Shown here one piece after another: positions 1 to 13,070 of a DNA stretch of 64,000 nt (positions are counted from its first letter, which is position 1; each line of letters opens with the position of its first letter). Below the pieces are notes generated by a model. That model ran no database searches. It was not told the origin of the DNA and saw only the letters and a list, made by a program, of their open reading frames with translations. Both the position numbers and the translations under genes were made by a program. The stretch is from Macrostomum lignano (Eukaryota): contig NIVC01002300.1 in assembly GCA_002269645.1 (NCBI GenBank), positions 1 to 64,000 of the forward strand, in the 5' to 3' direction.

Positions 1-2471
1 GGTTCCGCGACTCGAACTCTGGGCAGCCCTCAGTCATCCTCGACGCAATGCGCAGCCACTTGCAGTTCGAAGGGGGCGTAGCCCAGCGGTTAGCGCAGCT
101 GCTCTGGTGTGCCAGCGACCCAGGCTCGATTCCAAGTGCAGTCACATTAATTTGGGGCTGAATTGGAATCTCGGCTTGGCTCTGCTCGTGCAATTAACGG
201 CCTTGAGAGCCAACCCCCCAAGGCGCAGTGAAGTGTACATGCCTAACGATAATATAAAATTAGGCCGCTGTACACTCCTGTGTGAGTGTGTGCCTGTGTA
301 CGTATCCGCGCGCTTGTGTGCCTGCTCAGGGGAGTCGGTGGAATGGGCAGTAATGCCTCTCGCCGGTTGGGTGCCTATGTCGCTTAAAGTGCGCCAGGGT
401 GCACACAACCCCCCTGCCTCTAATAAAAAAAATGCAGTTCGAAGGCGTCACCCACTTCATCGACAGCCAGATCGTCCTCTACTGGCTTGCCAACGGTACC
501 AAACTCCGAGACTACGAGGCACGTCGCATTCAGCAGATTCTCGATTCTGACGTCACTCGTGATTACCGGTACGTCCCAACAGCCGATAACCCAGCCGACC
601 ACTGTACCAAACCGCTGAGCCTTGATCGACTATTAGCGTCCAACTTCTACGAGGGCCCCGCCTTCCTTAAGCGGCCGTTTCTCGATTGGCCTTCCTGGAC
701 CGCTGCGGCGCCTGACCCTTGCCTTCTAGTCGGTGTCCCTGCTAGGAAGAAGCCTACAGCACTCGGCGCTACTCTAGTCGCTGCTGGATCTACTGCCTGT
801 GCCACGCCTGGCCACCTGAGCCTCGAGCGCTCCAACCGCCTTGAACACATTCTCGGCGTCACCTGCTATCTCCTCCGACTGAAGGCCTACATCCAACGCC
901 GCCCATTCTCGAAAGACTTCCCGCCTTCTCACGCCGAGCGCCAGGCGCCCTTCTCCTGTGATCGAGCAGCCCAAACTGTGTGCTACGGGGCCCTCATCCG
1001 AGCCCTCGAGTCTGGCCGGTCCAAGTCTGAGAAGATCGTCGCCCAGCTGGATCTTCATCTTTGCGACGGCTTCATCCGCCTCCGCAGCCGCTTTGCCAAC
1101 GCTTCCATGGACGAGGACTCCAAGTACCGCTCCTGCTGCCGCCCGGCCATCCCTGACCCGGCTGCTCATCCTGCTCATCCATCGCCAGAACAGCCACGCC
1201 GGTGCCTCCACCGTTCTCGCCATGCTCCGCGACAAATTGGGTGCCTAAAGGCCTCCTAACCGTCCGTGATGCGCTCTCCGACTGTATCCAGTGCCGCCTC
1301 GCCAAAGGCTCAACTCGCGCGCCGCCCGCACATGGCCAACTGCCCAAGGAGCGCCTAGACACCGAAGCTGGTCCATTTGCTTCCGTACTCGTCGACCAGC
1401 TCGGGCCCGTCTTCACCTACGACCATAAGCTCGGAGTCTCCACCAAGCGCTGGGCCCTGCTCATCACCTGCTGCACTACGAGAGCCCTCCACATCGAGAT
1501 CCTCTACGACTACTCCGCTGACGCCGTCCTCCACGCATTCGAGCGCTTCTGGTGCCGCCGCGGTCTCACCAACTGCACTGTCTACCTTGACCAGGCCACC
1601 GCCTTCCAAGCCGCAGGAAAGTTCATCGAAAGCCACATCGCCACCGACTTCCAAAAAAAGCTCCACAACAACCTTCGGCCACTCGCCGCCTCGCTACCCC
1701 TGGTGTTTAAGTTCGCGCCAGCCCGAGCTCACTGACACCAAGGGGCGGTCGAGCGCCTCGTCGCCCTCACGAAGTCCAGCCTTCGTCCCGCCCTCTGGCG
1801 CAAGCGCATCTCCGATGAGGAACTGCACACTCTCCTCGTCAAAATCGAGGCCATCCTCAACTGCCGGCCGCTGACCACTGTCTCCAACGACCCGGCCGAT
1901 CCGTCACCGCTGACTCCGGCTCACCTCCTCGGGGTTGGCCCTCACCTGTTACTTCCGGTCCACGACGACACCTTCCTGCCTGCCGGTACTTCCACTGCTG
2001 ACCGCCTCCGAGCTCTTCATCACCGCCGCGATGCCATCCTCAACGAGTTCTGGGGCCGGTAGAGACAGGAGTACATCAGCCATCTCCGGTCTGTCCATCT
2101 ACAAGAACGACGTCGCCACAGACAGCACACCAGCGACGGCAGCAGCTTTCAAACCGGCCAAGCCTGTCTGCTGGTTGAACCTACGCCTCGAGCGACATGG
2201 AAAGTGCCGGATTCTGCAGCTGCATCCGGACCCAACCGGTGTCGTCCGCTATGTGACCATCCGCACCGTATCTGGCCACGATGTCCGGCGATCCATCGGA
2301 CACCTCGTACCCCTCGAGTGCGACATCAACGGCCCAGCTGCCGACCCACCTGCCGGCCCGCCTACCGGTCCGCCTGCTAGTCCACCTGTTGGCCCGCCGA
2401 CTGGCCAATCACCCCGCGACAAGCGCGCCATACGCCGGCAAAAAATCCGTGACGGAATTTTCGACGCCTGA
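1..2471 (+). mobile_element. BEL/Pao LTR retrotransposon pol 3' part (RNase H, integrase, DUF5641-like C-terminus), frameshifted and interrupted by a SINE
   Basis: Motifs VPRLELWAA (1-30), FIDSQIVLYWL and YVPTADNPAD (Pao RNase H), integrase Zn CxxC followed by DQLGP...RWALLITCCTTRALHIEI, GAVERLV...EAILNCRPLT...PLTPAHLL, and terminal RILQLHPDPTGVVRYVTIRT...RRSIGHLVPLE. Several frameshifts and stops, so non-functional. Truncated by the window start. Confidence 0.93.
74..432 (+). mobile_element. tRNA-derived SINE (~360 bp) inserted in the BEL pol
   Basis: Head GGGGGCGTAGCCCAGCGG (A box 79-89), B box GGCTCGATTCC (123-133), AATAAAAAAAA tail, and 13-bp TSD TGCAGTTCGAAGG at 61-73 and 433-445. Removing it restores the pol context. 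Confidence 0.88.
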
Positions 2472-2589
2472 ACTGAACTAAATAACCTAATACTCACAGT
2501 CACAAGTTAATCCGTTCTGTTTTACCAGTTTTACTGTTTTACCGTTCAAAATCCCCGCTATCTATCGTTACCTGTTGGCCCCCCCAGCC

Positions 2590-2989
2590 TGTCGGATTTC
2601 CATCCTCCAATTATTTTTACTTTCTGTTTTGCAATTCAGCCTTGTACTTTTCAGTTAGCCGACTCCCTTCGTCTACCATGCTCTTCCCCACAGACAATCT
2701 CAATCGTTAATTCACCATAGATTATACAACTAACCTGTTCATTCTGTTAGTATAAATGTACAAGTTAAACTCGCGGCTTAAGCCCTTCACCTCCTTCCTT
2801 TCTGCACCACTAATCGCATATTATTAGTTATTAGTTTATTGTCTATTCGACACCCTTGGCTCAGTCAAGGAGGCTTCTAATTTCTGATTTCAGTGTTCTC
2901 TAAGTGCTTTGTCTGTCTGAACTAGAACGCCCGTTCTGTCTGCGTACGTTAATTCATTGCTATTGATCTGACCGACCCATCTGAAGACA
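2590..2989 (+). mobile_element. Probable 3' LTR of the BEL/Pao element
   Basis: Starts TGTCGG about 120 bp after the pol stop, following a TTGGCC-type pre-LTR motif. The end is uncertain (CGACA at 2852 or GACA at 2989). Confidence 0.5.
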
Positions 2990-3654
2990 AACCCCAAGCC
3001 TGCGAGAGGCTAGCACAGCCCCTCCCTTCCACCCACCAAGCCAGGCAGGATCTGCTAACGAGACGCCTTGTACGTTAAGCTGCAAATCTGCACGTTATTT
3101 CGTCCCGACGGAGACTCACCTCACCGAAGGCGGAGACCCAACGGACTGGTGGCAGCACTACCGACGCTGCTAATAGCTAATAAGAAGGCTTCGAGAAGAG
3201 GCTCGAGATTTAAAGTAAAGCTTAAGTGCCTGCAAATCGGGAAGCAAACAGCCTGTACTTCAATTGGAAGGGTGGCGTACGTATAGGGGTGAACAATCGA
3301 CACAGAAGTGTGGAAATAAAATTTAGAGTGCGAGAGTGGATAAAATACAATGCTGTGGCGGTGCGCATAAAGTCAGCAACCAGCTGGAATGCATCAACAG
3401 CTGCCGAGACACTCCGGTCCCCCTGCCCGACTGACCCTCTCTCAGAACAAAAGTTTGCTCCGTTCCCAAAGCCGTGTCGCACCCTAAAGAAGCGTAGAGA
3501 GGCAGCTCACGATGACAGCTCCTACGGGGCGACGATCTCGATTGCTCTTCTTGCCATTTTGTTCTGCTGTTAGCACGGTCTGGCTCAGCAGAGCCTCGTG
3601 TACTTGTTCGGTGTCGGAAGATCTGGCCCTGGGTCGAGTGCGGCTCCCTCGCCT

Positions 3655-4050
3655 TCGCTCCTACAGAACTGACAGCTGGTGTGGGGCTGATGCACATTCT
3701 GCTCCTACAGAACTGACAGCTGGTGTGGGTGCTGATGCACAGTCTGCTCCTACAGAACTGACAGCTGGTGTGGGGCTGATGCACAGTCTGCTCCTACAGA
3801 ACTGACAGCTGGTGTGGGTGCTGATGCACAGTCTGCTCCTACAGAACTGACAGCTGGTGTGGGTGCTGATGCACAGTCTGCTCCTACAGAACTGACAGCT
3901 GGTGTGGGTGCTGATGCACAGTCTGCTCCTACAGAACTGACAGCTGGTGTGGGTGCTGATGCACAGTCTGCTCCTACAGAACTGACAGCTGGTGTGGGTG
4001 CTGATGCACAGTCTGCTCCTACAGAACTGACAGCTGGTGTGGGTGCTGAA
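3655..4050. repeat. 45-bp minisatellite, ~9 copies
   Basis: Unit GCTGATGCACAGTCTGCTCCTACAGAACTGACAGCTGGTGTGGGT, near-identical copies. Confidence 0.95.
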
Positions 4051-4570
4051 CTCCGGACACAAGGGTCTTGATCAAGCAAACTGTTTGGTTTGAAAGTCAT
4101 CCAATTAAAATTAAAAAGGAACTTAGGGTGGCCACAGCCGTCCTGCGAGTATTATGATCACCTTATTGGCAAGTGGGTTATAAAATAATATTATATTTAA
4201 GGCCGAGCAACTTCAAGGAAAAAAACGGCCAGGGAAACTTCTAAGAAGTGTCAAGCGGCCTGCTTTCTGTATATTTTACCGATAAAAATCAGAAGTATAC
4301 AGTATTTTATCAATAAGCCATTGTGTGCCTTGCTGTCTTTTTTACCGAGTCATTCACGCGTGTGGTGCTAAATTACATGTAGAGCATGTCTTTGTACGCA
4401 TTTTCTACGCTTGCGACACTTACAAATACTACAAAGCGAAAAATAATAGAGTAAAATGTCAACTATGCTACTGAAAATCACTGTCAGTAGTTTACTGGGC
4501 GAGTTGTTTTCACCAAACTGTTAAAAAAGACAATTCAAGACTCCACATTAATTTAATTGTCTCGACGAAA

Positions 4571-7500
4571 TCAGACCATCGACTTGGACTTGTCGATTCT
4601 GACCCGACGTGTCAGGTAAAACCAGGCGACGGAGGAGGCCAGGTACAGCAAAGCCGACACCCAGGAGGTGGCCACCGACCAGCCGATGGACACGGTGCGG
4701 TAGGTGTCAGTGCAAAACTGGCGAATGGCAGAGCGGAATTTTACAGAGAATCAATTTCCGGTTCAGGGACTTAAAAATATACGAGTAATTACCATGTAGA
4801 TAAACTGGAAGTGGATAAACAGGCATCACTGAGATCAACCGGAAGTGGATAAACAGGCGTCACGGAGATAAACCGGAAGGGATAAACAGGCATCACTGAG
4901 ATAAACCGGAAGTGGATAAACAGGCATCACAGAGATAAACCGGAAGTGGATAAACAGGCATCACTGAGATAAACCGGAAGTGGATAAACAGGCATCACTG
5001 AGATAAACCGGAAGTGGATAAACAGGCGTAACGGAGACAAACCGGAAGTGGATAAACAGGCATCACTGAGATAAACTGGAAGTGGATAAACAGGCATCAC
5101 TGAGATAAACCGGAAGTGGATAAACAGGCATCACTGAGAAAAACCGGAAGTGGATAAACAGGCGTAACGGAGATAAACCGGAAGTGGATAAACAGGCATC
5201 ACTGAGATCAACCGGAAGTGGATAAACAGGCGTAACGGAGATAAACCGGAAGTGAATAAACAGGCATCACTGAGATAAACCGGAAGTGGATAAACAGGCA
5301 TCACTGAGATAAACCGGAAGTGAATAAACAGGCGTCACGGAGATAAACCGGAGGTGGATAAACAGGCGTCACGGAGATAAACCGGAGGTGGATAAACAGG
5401 CGTCACGGAGATAAACCGGAAGTGAATAAACAGGCGTCACGGAGATAAACCGGAAGTGGATAAACAGGCGTCACGGAGATAAACCGGAAGTGGATAAACA
5501 GGCGTCACGGAGATAAACCGGAAGTGGATAAACAGGCGTCACGGAGATAAACCGGAAGTGGATAAACAGGCGTCACGGAGATAAACCGGAAGTGAATAAA
5601 CAGGCGTCATTGAGATTAACCTAGCATTTATCAGGATTAATAAACATGGAGAAGCCTTGAAGCTTCAGCACGTACTTTTATTTTACTTAATTGGTTAACT
5701 TCTGTACCTGTCCTCTTGTCTGCTCAGTGGCTGTGCAAGCATCGCATATTTATTGACTGAATAGTTGCACAAATAAAATCTGCTGCAAAGGGGCCACGCC
5801 TTACGAATACAAAAATAGAGCTTTCTTTGAGTCTTGGCTTACTATATATATAATCTTTTCTATAGTTGGGGCAGTACTTCAAAGAACAGTCAATTTTTAG
5901 TAACGATAGGAATCGGTTAAGACAGATCGATGACGAATTACAAAGTTTTTTTAGGATTGTAATTGATAGTGTTTATTGCTTGTAGAGTACGAGCTGCAAG
6001 CAAAGGTTCATGCAGTTAAGTACTCCTATAGTTACTGTTTTAACTAAATGGAAAACTCTTTATATATTACAGTAATAAACCCATACGACTCAAATTCCAA
6101 ATAGCTCAAATCCCATTGTGCTCAAATCCCATAGTGCTCAAATCCCATAGTGCTCAAATATCATAGTGCTCAAATCCTATAGTGCTCAAATATCATAGTG
6201 CTCAAATCCCATAGTGCTCAAATATCATAGTGCTCAAATCCCATAGTGCTCAAATATCATAGTGCTCAAATCCCATAGTGCTCAAATCCCATAGTGCTCA
6301 AATCCCATAGTGCTCAAATCCCATAGCACTCAAAGTTACCTGCTCAGGCGTTTTCACCAGGTTATAGCATGTGCACTGCGGGCACTCTTCAATCTGAGGT
6401 CGGCGAGTCATTCTTGAGGCCTTCTCGTGCTCGATGGAGTTGCTGAAGATCACAAAAATTCCTGCATGGAGTAGAGATAAAAATAGTAAGTCGAGTTTAT
6501 GTGATTTTGCATAAAAATGAGCATCATTGGCTTATCCGCACATCTAGATACACATACCCGCACATCTAGACACATGCACATATCTGCACATCTAGACACA
6601 CATCCGCCCATCTAGACACACATATCCGCACATCTAGACACACATATCCGCACATCTAGACACACATATCCGCACATCTAGACACACATATCCGCACATC
6701 TAGACACACATATCCGCACATCTAGACACACATATCCGCACATCTAGACACACATATCCGCACATCTAGATACACATATCCGCACATCTAGACACACGTA
6801 TCCGCACATCTAGACACACATATCCGCACATCTAGACACACATATCCGCACATCTAGACACACATATCCGCACATCTAGACACACATATCCGCACATCTA
6901 GACACACATATCCGCACATCTAGACACACATATCCGCACATCTAGATACACATATCCGCACATCTGAGACACATGCACATATCTGCACATCTAGACACAC
7001 ATACCCGCACATCTAGACACACTAAACCGCCAAGCTCACCAGCAGTGAGATGCAGGACTCCAGTCACCATAATCGAGGGCACAATTTTAGCCAGCACTCC
7101 AATCGTTCCAGTGATGACGGAGGAGATGACGCAGATGAGCACCACTATGCAGCAGGCCATCGTGTTGTTTTGCATCTCTGCGATTAGAGTTTCATGAGCA
7201 AAATGCATTTCTGAGCTCGACAATTTAAAAGAATACTACTGCGATTCACTTTCTCCTTTGCATGACTTTAGAAAAGAATAGACGTCCACAATAAGACTCA
7301 GAAGCTAGTTTCGCCACAAAAGGACTCAGGATTGGCGCCACAATAGGACTCAGAAGCTAGTTTCGCCACAATAGGACTCAGGATTGGCGCCACAATAGGA
7401 CTCAGGATTGGCGCCGCAATAGGACTCAGGATTGGTGCCACAATAGGACTCAGGATTGGCGCCACAATAGGACTCAGGATTGGCGCCGCAATAGGACTCA

Positions 7501-10500
7501 GGATTGGTGCCACAATAGGACTCAGGATTGGCGCCACAATAGGACTCAGGATTGGCGCCACTATAGGACTCGGGAGCTAGTGGCGCCATATTAGGATTCA
7601 GGAGCTAGTGGCGCCATAATAGGACTCAGGATTGGCGCCACAATAGGACTCAGGAGAGGCGCCACACATAGGACTCAGGATTGGCGCAACAATAGGACTC
7701 AGGAGAGGCGCCACAATAGGACTTGAGAGTGGCGCCACAATAGGACTTGAGAGTGGCGCCACAATAGGACTTGAGAGTGGCGCTACAATAGGACTTGAGA
7801 GTGGCGCCACAATAGGACTTGAGAGTGGCGCTACAATAGGACTTGAGAGTGGCGCCACAACAGGACTTGAGAGCGGCGCCTCAACAGGACTTGAGAGCGG
7901 CGTCTCAACAGGACTTGAGAGCGGCGCCACAACAGGACTTGAGAGCGGCGCCATAACAGGACTTGAGAGCGGCGCCACAAAAGGACTCAGGAGTGGCGCC
8001 ACAACAGGACTTGAGAGCGGCGCCACAACAGGACTTGAGAGCGGCGCCACAACAGGACTTAAGAGTGGCGCTACAATAGGACTGGATCAGGAGTGGCGCC
8101 ACAATAGGACTTGAGAGTGGCGCCACAATAGGACTTGAGAGTGGCGCCACAACAGGACTTGAGAGCGGCGCCACAAAAGGACTCAGGAGTGGCGCCACAA
8201 CAGGACTTGAGAGCGGCGCCACAACAGGACTTGAGAGTGGCGCTACAATAGGACTGGATCAGGAGTGGCGCCACAATAGGACTTGAGAGTGGCGCCACAA
8301 TAGGATTTAAGAGTGGCGCCACAAAAGGACTTGAGAGTGGCGCCAAAATAGAACTTGAGAGTGGCGCCACAATAGGACTTAAGAGTGGCGCCACAATAGG
8401 ACTTGAGAGTGGCGCTACAATAGGACTTGAGAGTGGCGCTACAATAGGACTGGATCAGGAGTGGCGCCACAATAGGACTTGAGAGTGGCGCTACAATAGG
8501 ACTTGAGAGTGGCGCTACAATAGGACTGGATCAGGAGTGGCGCCACAATAGGATTTGAGAGTGGCGCCACAATAGGACTTGAGAGTGGCGCCACAATAGG
8601 ACTTGAGAGTGGCGCCACAATAGGACTTGAGAGTGGCGCTACAATAGGACTGGATCAGGAGTGGCGCCACAATAGGACTTAAGAGTGGCGCCAAAATAGA
8701 ACTTGAGAGTGGCGCTACAATAGGACTGGATCAGGAGTAGCGCCACAATAGGACTTGAAAGTGTCGCCACAAAAGGACTTGAGAGTGGCGCTACAATAGG
8801 ACTGGATCAGGAGTGGCGCCACAATAGGACTTGAGAGTGGCGCTACAATAGGACTGGATCAGGAGTGGCGCCACAATAGGATTTAAGAGTGGCGCCACAA
8901 AAGGACTTGAGAGTGGCGCCAAAATAGAACTTGAGAGTGGCGCCACAATAGGACTTAAGAGTGGCGCCACAATAGGACTTGAGAGTGGCGCTACAATAGG
9001 ACTGGATCAGGAGTGGCGCCACAATAGGATTTAAGAGTGGCGCCACAAAAGGACTTGAGAGTGGCGCCAAAATAGAACTTGAGAGTGGCGCCACAATAGG
9101 ACTTGAGAGTGGCGCTACAACAGGACTTGAGAGCGGCGCCACAATAGGACTCAGGAGTGGCCCAACAGTAGGACTCAGGAGCTATGAGTGGTAGCGTAAC
9201 TGAGGGATCAAACTAAAGAAGTCAGTCGAACTTACTCAAAGCTTGTGCTCAAACTTACTCATTATCTGCGACTCCGCAGTGTTTTCGGTGGCATCCAGAA
9301 TGTCCCTGGCGTTGGTGTAGCCAGAGATGTAGTCAAAGCAGCTGTTGTTGGTGATTAAAAAGCTGAAGTTTTTGCAGTAGGTGTCGTAATCTGCGTTCAG
9401 TGCATCTGAAATTTTTGAACGATTATCTGTTTTGTAGTCTGAATTGGAATCATTTCGGGACTACATGCAATCATATCGGGGCTGATTGGAATCATTTTGG
9501 TACTAATTGGCATCATATCGGGACTAATTGCAATCATTTCGGGACTAATTAGAATCATTTTCGGGACTAATTGGAATCATTTTCGGGACTAATTGGAATC
9601 ATTTCGGGACTAATTGGAATCATTTCGGGACTAATTGGAATCATTTGGGACTAAATTGCAATCATTTCGGGACTAATTGGAATCATTTCGGGACTAATTA
9701 GAATCATTTTTGGGACTAATTGGAATCATTTTCGGGACTAATTGGAATCATTTTCGGGACTAATTGGAATCATTTTCGGGACTAATTGGAATAATTTCGG
9801 GACTAATTAGAATCATTTTCGGGACTAATTGGAATCATTTTCGGGACTAATTGGAATCATTTTGGGACTAATTAGAATCATTTTCGGGACTAATTGGAAT
9901 CATTTTCGGGACTAATTGGAATAATTTCGGGACTAACAAGAATCACTTGGGGACTCTTAAACAAACCGTCAATAGGTTTACATTTAGATCAGTAAATATG
10001 ATGTGACTGGCCCAGGTGCATTGGCGAGCACCTGAGAGGTCTGTTATAAATATTTCATTTTATCAGCACCCGCTTCCGCGACGAAGTAGCGCGCACGGAA
10101 GGTGTGGGCCAGTGCGTTTAATAAATCAGGAAGCGGGCTGTCCTTCCTCAGGTCCTGTAAGCCTGTTTTCGATGAGTCGAAATTTTATATTTCTCGGCGC
10201 TGGAGCAGGGGATAGGCATAGCGGAGGCGTGACTTTGATGCAGCAGTGCACGCAGAGCAGTATCCGCTTCCTTGAGTAGCTTTAATGAATCGGATTGAGT
10301 AGCTTAGGGAATCGGATTGAGTAGCTTAGGGAATCGGATTGAGTAGCTTAGGGAATCGGATTGAGTAGCTTAGGGAATCGGATTGAGTAGCTTAGGGAAT
10401 CGGATTGAGTAGCTTAGGGAATCGGATTGAGTAGCTTAGGGAATCGGATTGAGTAGCTTAGGGAATCGGATTGAGTAGCTTAGGGAATCGGATTGAGTAG

Positions 10501-11614
10501 CTTAGGGAATCGGATTGAGTAGCTTAGGGAATCGGATTGAGTAGCTTAGGGAATCGGATTGAGTAGCTTAGGGAATCGGATTGAGTAGCTTAGGGAATCG
10601 GATTGAGTAGCTTAGGGAATCGGATTGAGTAGCTTAGGGAATCGGATTGAGTAGCTTAGGGAATCGGATTGAGTAGCTTAGGGAATCGGATTGAGTAGCT
10701 TAGGGAATCGGATTGAGTAGCTTAGGGAATCGGATTGAGTAGCTTAGGGAATCGGATTGAGTAGCTTAGGGAATCGGATTGAGTAGCTTAGGGAATCGGA
10801 TTGAGTAGCTTAGGGAATCGGATTGAGTAGCTTAGGGAATCGGATTGAGTAGCTTAGGGAATCGGATTGAGTAGCTTAGGGAATCGGATTGAGTAGCTTA
10901 GGGAATCGGATTGAGTAGCTTAGGGAATCGGATTGAGTAGCTTAGGGAATCGGATTGAGTAGCTTAGGGAATCGGATTGAGTAGCTTAGGGAATCGGATT
11001 GAGTAGCTTAGGGAATCGGATTGAGTAGCTTAGGGAATCGGATTGAGTAGCTTAGGGAATCGGATTGAGTAGCTTAGGGAATCGGATTGAGTAGCTTAGG
11101 GAATCGGATTGAGTAGCTTAGGGAATCGGATTGAGTAGCTTAGGGAATCGGATTGAGTAGCTTAGGGAATCGGATTGAGTAGCTTAGGGAATCGGATTGA
11201 GTAGCTTAGGGAATCGGATTGAGTAGCTTAGGGAATCTGATTGAGTAGCTTAGGTCTGGTCTATTATAAACTCCATCACTCACCCTCAGTATTGACCCTG
11301 TCGCACAGGCTCCACAGGCTTGAGTAGAGGTTGAGCAGGCAGTAGCCGGTGCTGTTGGACGTCAGCAGGATCATACCAGTCAGCGTGGTACTCTCCGCGT
11401 CCGAGTACAGCAGCTTCGGAGAGCCGTAGTAACTCGACGCCGATTGCATCACGCTGGTGTTCACCAAATTAAAGTTGAACGTCACGGCGTCCCAGTTGCT
11501 AGTGGCAACGCTGAGCACCAGGAACAGCAGGCTGACGGCTGAGAAACTCGACGCAACGGCGATCACTCCGATGCTGAATGTCTGGCAGGCCTTGGCTTCC
11601 GGGTTCTTCTGCAT
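4571..11614 (-). CDS. Claudin/PMP22-superfamily tetraspan membrane protein, ~305 aa; exons 11614-11284, 9405-9259, 7210-7040, 6461-6340, 4717-4571
   Basis: All five exons join with GT-AG boundaries in consistent phase (1,1,1,0). The product has four hydrophobic segments, a W after TM1 (ATSNW), YSSLWSLC plus a second Cys in loop 1, and GWSVATSWVSALLYLASS before and within TM4, which is the claudin-like/TMEM178-like signature. Confidence 0.85.
4795..5620. repeat. 34-bp minisatellite, ~24 copies, intron 4 of the claudin-like gene
   Basis: Unit AGATAAACCGGAAGTGGATAAACAGGCATCACTG with variants. Confidence 0.95.
6100..6330. repeat. 16-bp minisatellite, ~14 copies, next to the exon 4 donor
   Basis: Unit TGCTCAAATCCCATAG / TGCTCAAATATCATAG. 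Confidence 0.92.
6535..7022. repeat. 22-bp minisatellite, ~22 copies, intron 3
   Basis: Unit CATCTAGACACACATATCCGCA. Confidence 0.95.
7290..9180. repeat. 24-bp minisatellite family, ~75 copies, filling intron 2
   Basis: Units GGCGCCACAATAGGACTCAGGATT then GGCGCCACAATAGGACTTGAGAGT, plus a longer variant containing GGATCAGGA, arranged in blocks. Confidence 0.95.
9445..9955. repeat. 21-22-bp minisatellite, ~23 copies, intron 1
   Basis: Unit CGGGACTAATTGGAATCATTT(T). Confidence 0.93.
10290..11253. repeat. 22-bp near-perfect minisatellite, ~43 copies, intron 1
   Basis: Unit GTAGCTTAGGGAATCGGATTGA; each unit contains one TTAGGG. Confidence 0.97.
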
Positions 11615-12544
11615 GACGCAGCTGCTTGACGACCTTGAGCTGATCCGTTTCTACTAGCTCAATGCTAATCCTGTATGGGCAGGGCTGCTGGTCAGAGAGA
11701 ATATGGCGAATAGGGATAAAAATGAATTGTGTTCGCGGGATTTCAGGGAAGGCTGTGCAAAGGGGAGAGGAGGGGGAGGCTGTGAAACTTCAGGGAAGAA
11801 TTGCTCACAAGGTGATGCGGGCTCTCTTCCAAGTGCTGCATCCAATAGGCTTTGCTTTACACACAGTTTCAATGCAAGGGAGGGAAAGCCTCCGGCTGCT
11901 GCTGCTGCAGTGGCGTGAGCTGCGCGTACACCCCCCTCTTCTCCCCTTTTCTTCCTTCTTTCCTTCACCTGTCTCTTTTGTCACCAACCCGCCACCTCGA
12001 AGGCCTGGACCAAAATTTTTTCCTCGTTCCTTATTCCAATCGAAAGCCGGCCCGCCCCAAATATCGCCATGGCAACTAGGGATACAATGTAATCGGCGTA
12101 CGCGCGCTATGCCAATGTGGTCTATACTGGATGCTTTCAACTGTATATCGTATGAGATCACGTGTACTCAAATGTGTACTCAAATCTCCCAAGACTTAGC
12201 TATGAAGGATCAATACAGCTATTATAGCTGCTCAAAGGCCATTCTCGTATAGAGTGAATAGCCTTTGGGGCCATTCTTGCAGTTGATTGATTGGGAAATT
12301 TTCCTTCTTTATCCTTCTGAGTGCAAACCGTCAGGATTTGAATGCAGATATCCCAGCTTTTAGACCGTTATATACTCCCTCATAGAAAGTATTGTTAATG
12401 AACTAGCAAACTTAGCCCCAATATTTCTTCTGCAGTTAATTTTCTTGCGAAAAATCTATATTTAAAATAGGTTTTAGTACGGTCACTACTGTCAATGTCT
12501 TAAATATTAAGATGGTTCAAGCAGAAGAGCATTTAAGACAGATC

Positions 12545-13070
12545 CCCTTTAGGACACTGAATCTCAGCAGCTCCCCTTTAAGACACTGAATCTCAGCAGC
12601 TCCCCTTTAAGACACTGAATCTCAGCAGCTCCTCTTTAAGACACTGAATCTCAGCAGCTCCTCTTTAAGACACTGAATCTCAGCAGCTCCCCTTTAAGAC
12701 ACTGAATCTCAGCAGCTCCTCTTTAAGACACTGAATCTCAGCAGCTCCCCTTCAAGACACTGAATCTCAGCAGCTCCCCTTTAAGACACTGAATCTCAGC
12801 AGCTCCCCTTTAAGACACTGAATCTCAGCAGCTCCCCTTTAAGACACTGAATCTCAGCAGCTCCCCTTTAAGACACTGAATCTCAGCAGCTCCCCTTTAA
12901 GACACTGAATCTCAGCAGCTCCTCTTTAAGACACTGAATCTCAGCAGCTCCCCTTTAAGACACTGAATCTCAGCAGCTCCCCTTTAAGACACTGAATCTC
13001 AGCAGCTCCCCTTTAAGACACTGAATCTCAGCAGCTCCCCTTTAAGACACTGAATCTCAGCAGCTCCCTT
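12545..13070. repeat. 29-bp minisatellite, ~18 copies
   Basis: Unit CTTTAAGACACTGAATCTCAGCAGCTCCC. Confidence 0.95.

Noticed and set aside
72-145. tRNA gene
   Set aside because: It has A and B boxes but no complete cloverleaf, and it continues into a SINE body with an A tail and TSD.
3000-3650. Short ORFs or a possible further LTR after the BEL element
   Set aside because: No recognisable motifs, termini or TSD.
5708-5757. Extra claudin-like exon (AG...GT flanked, minus strand)
   Set aside because: It contains a stop in the phase required by exon 4, and exons 4 and 5 join cleanly without it.
11654-12252. Several overlapping 70-200 aa ORFs upstream of the claudin-like gene
   Set aside because: Low-complexity promoter or leader-like sequence with no recognisable domains.
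3655-13070. CRISPR-like regularly spaced repeats
   Set aside because: Units are head-to-tail with no unique spacers, there are no cas genes, and the context is eukaryotic introns.
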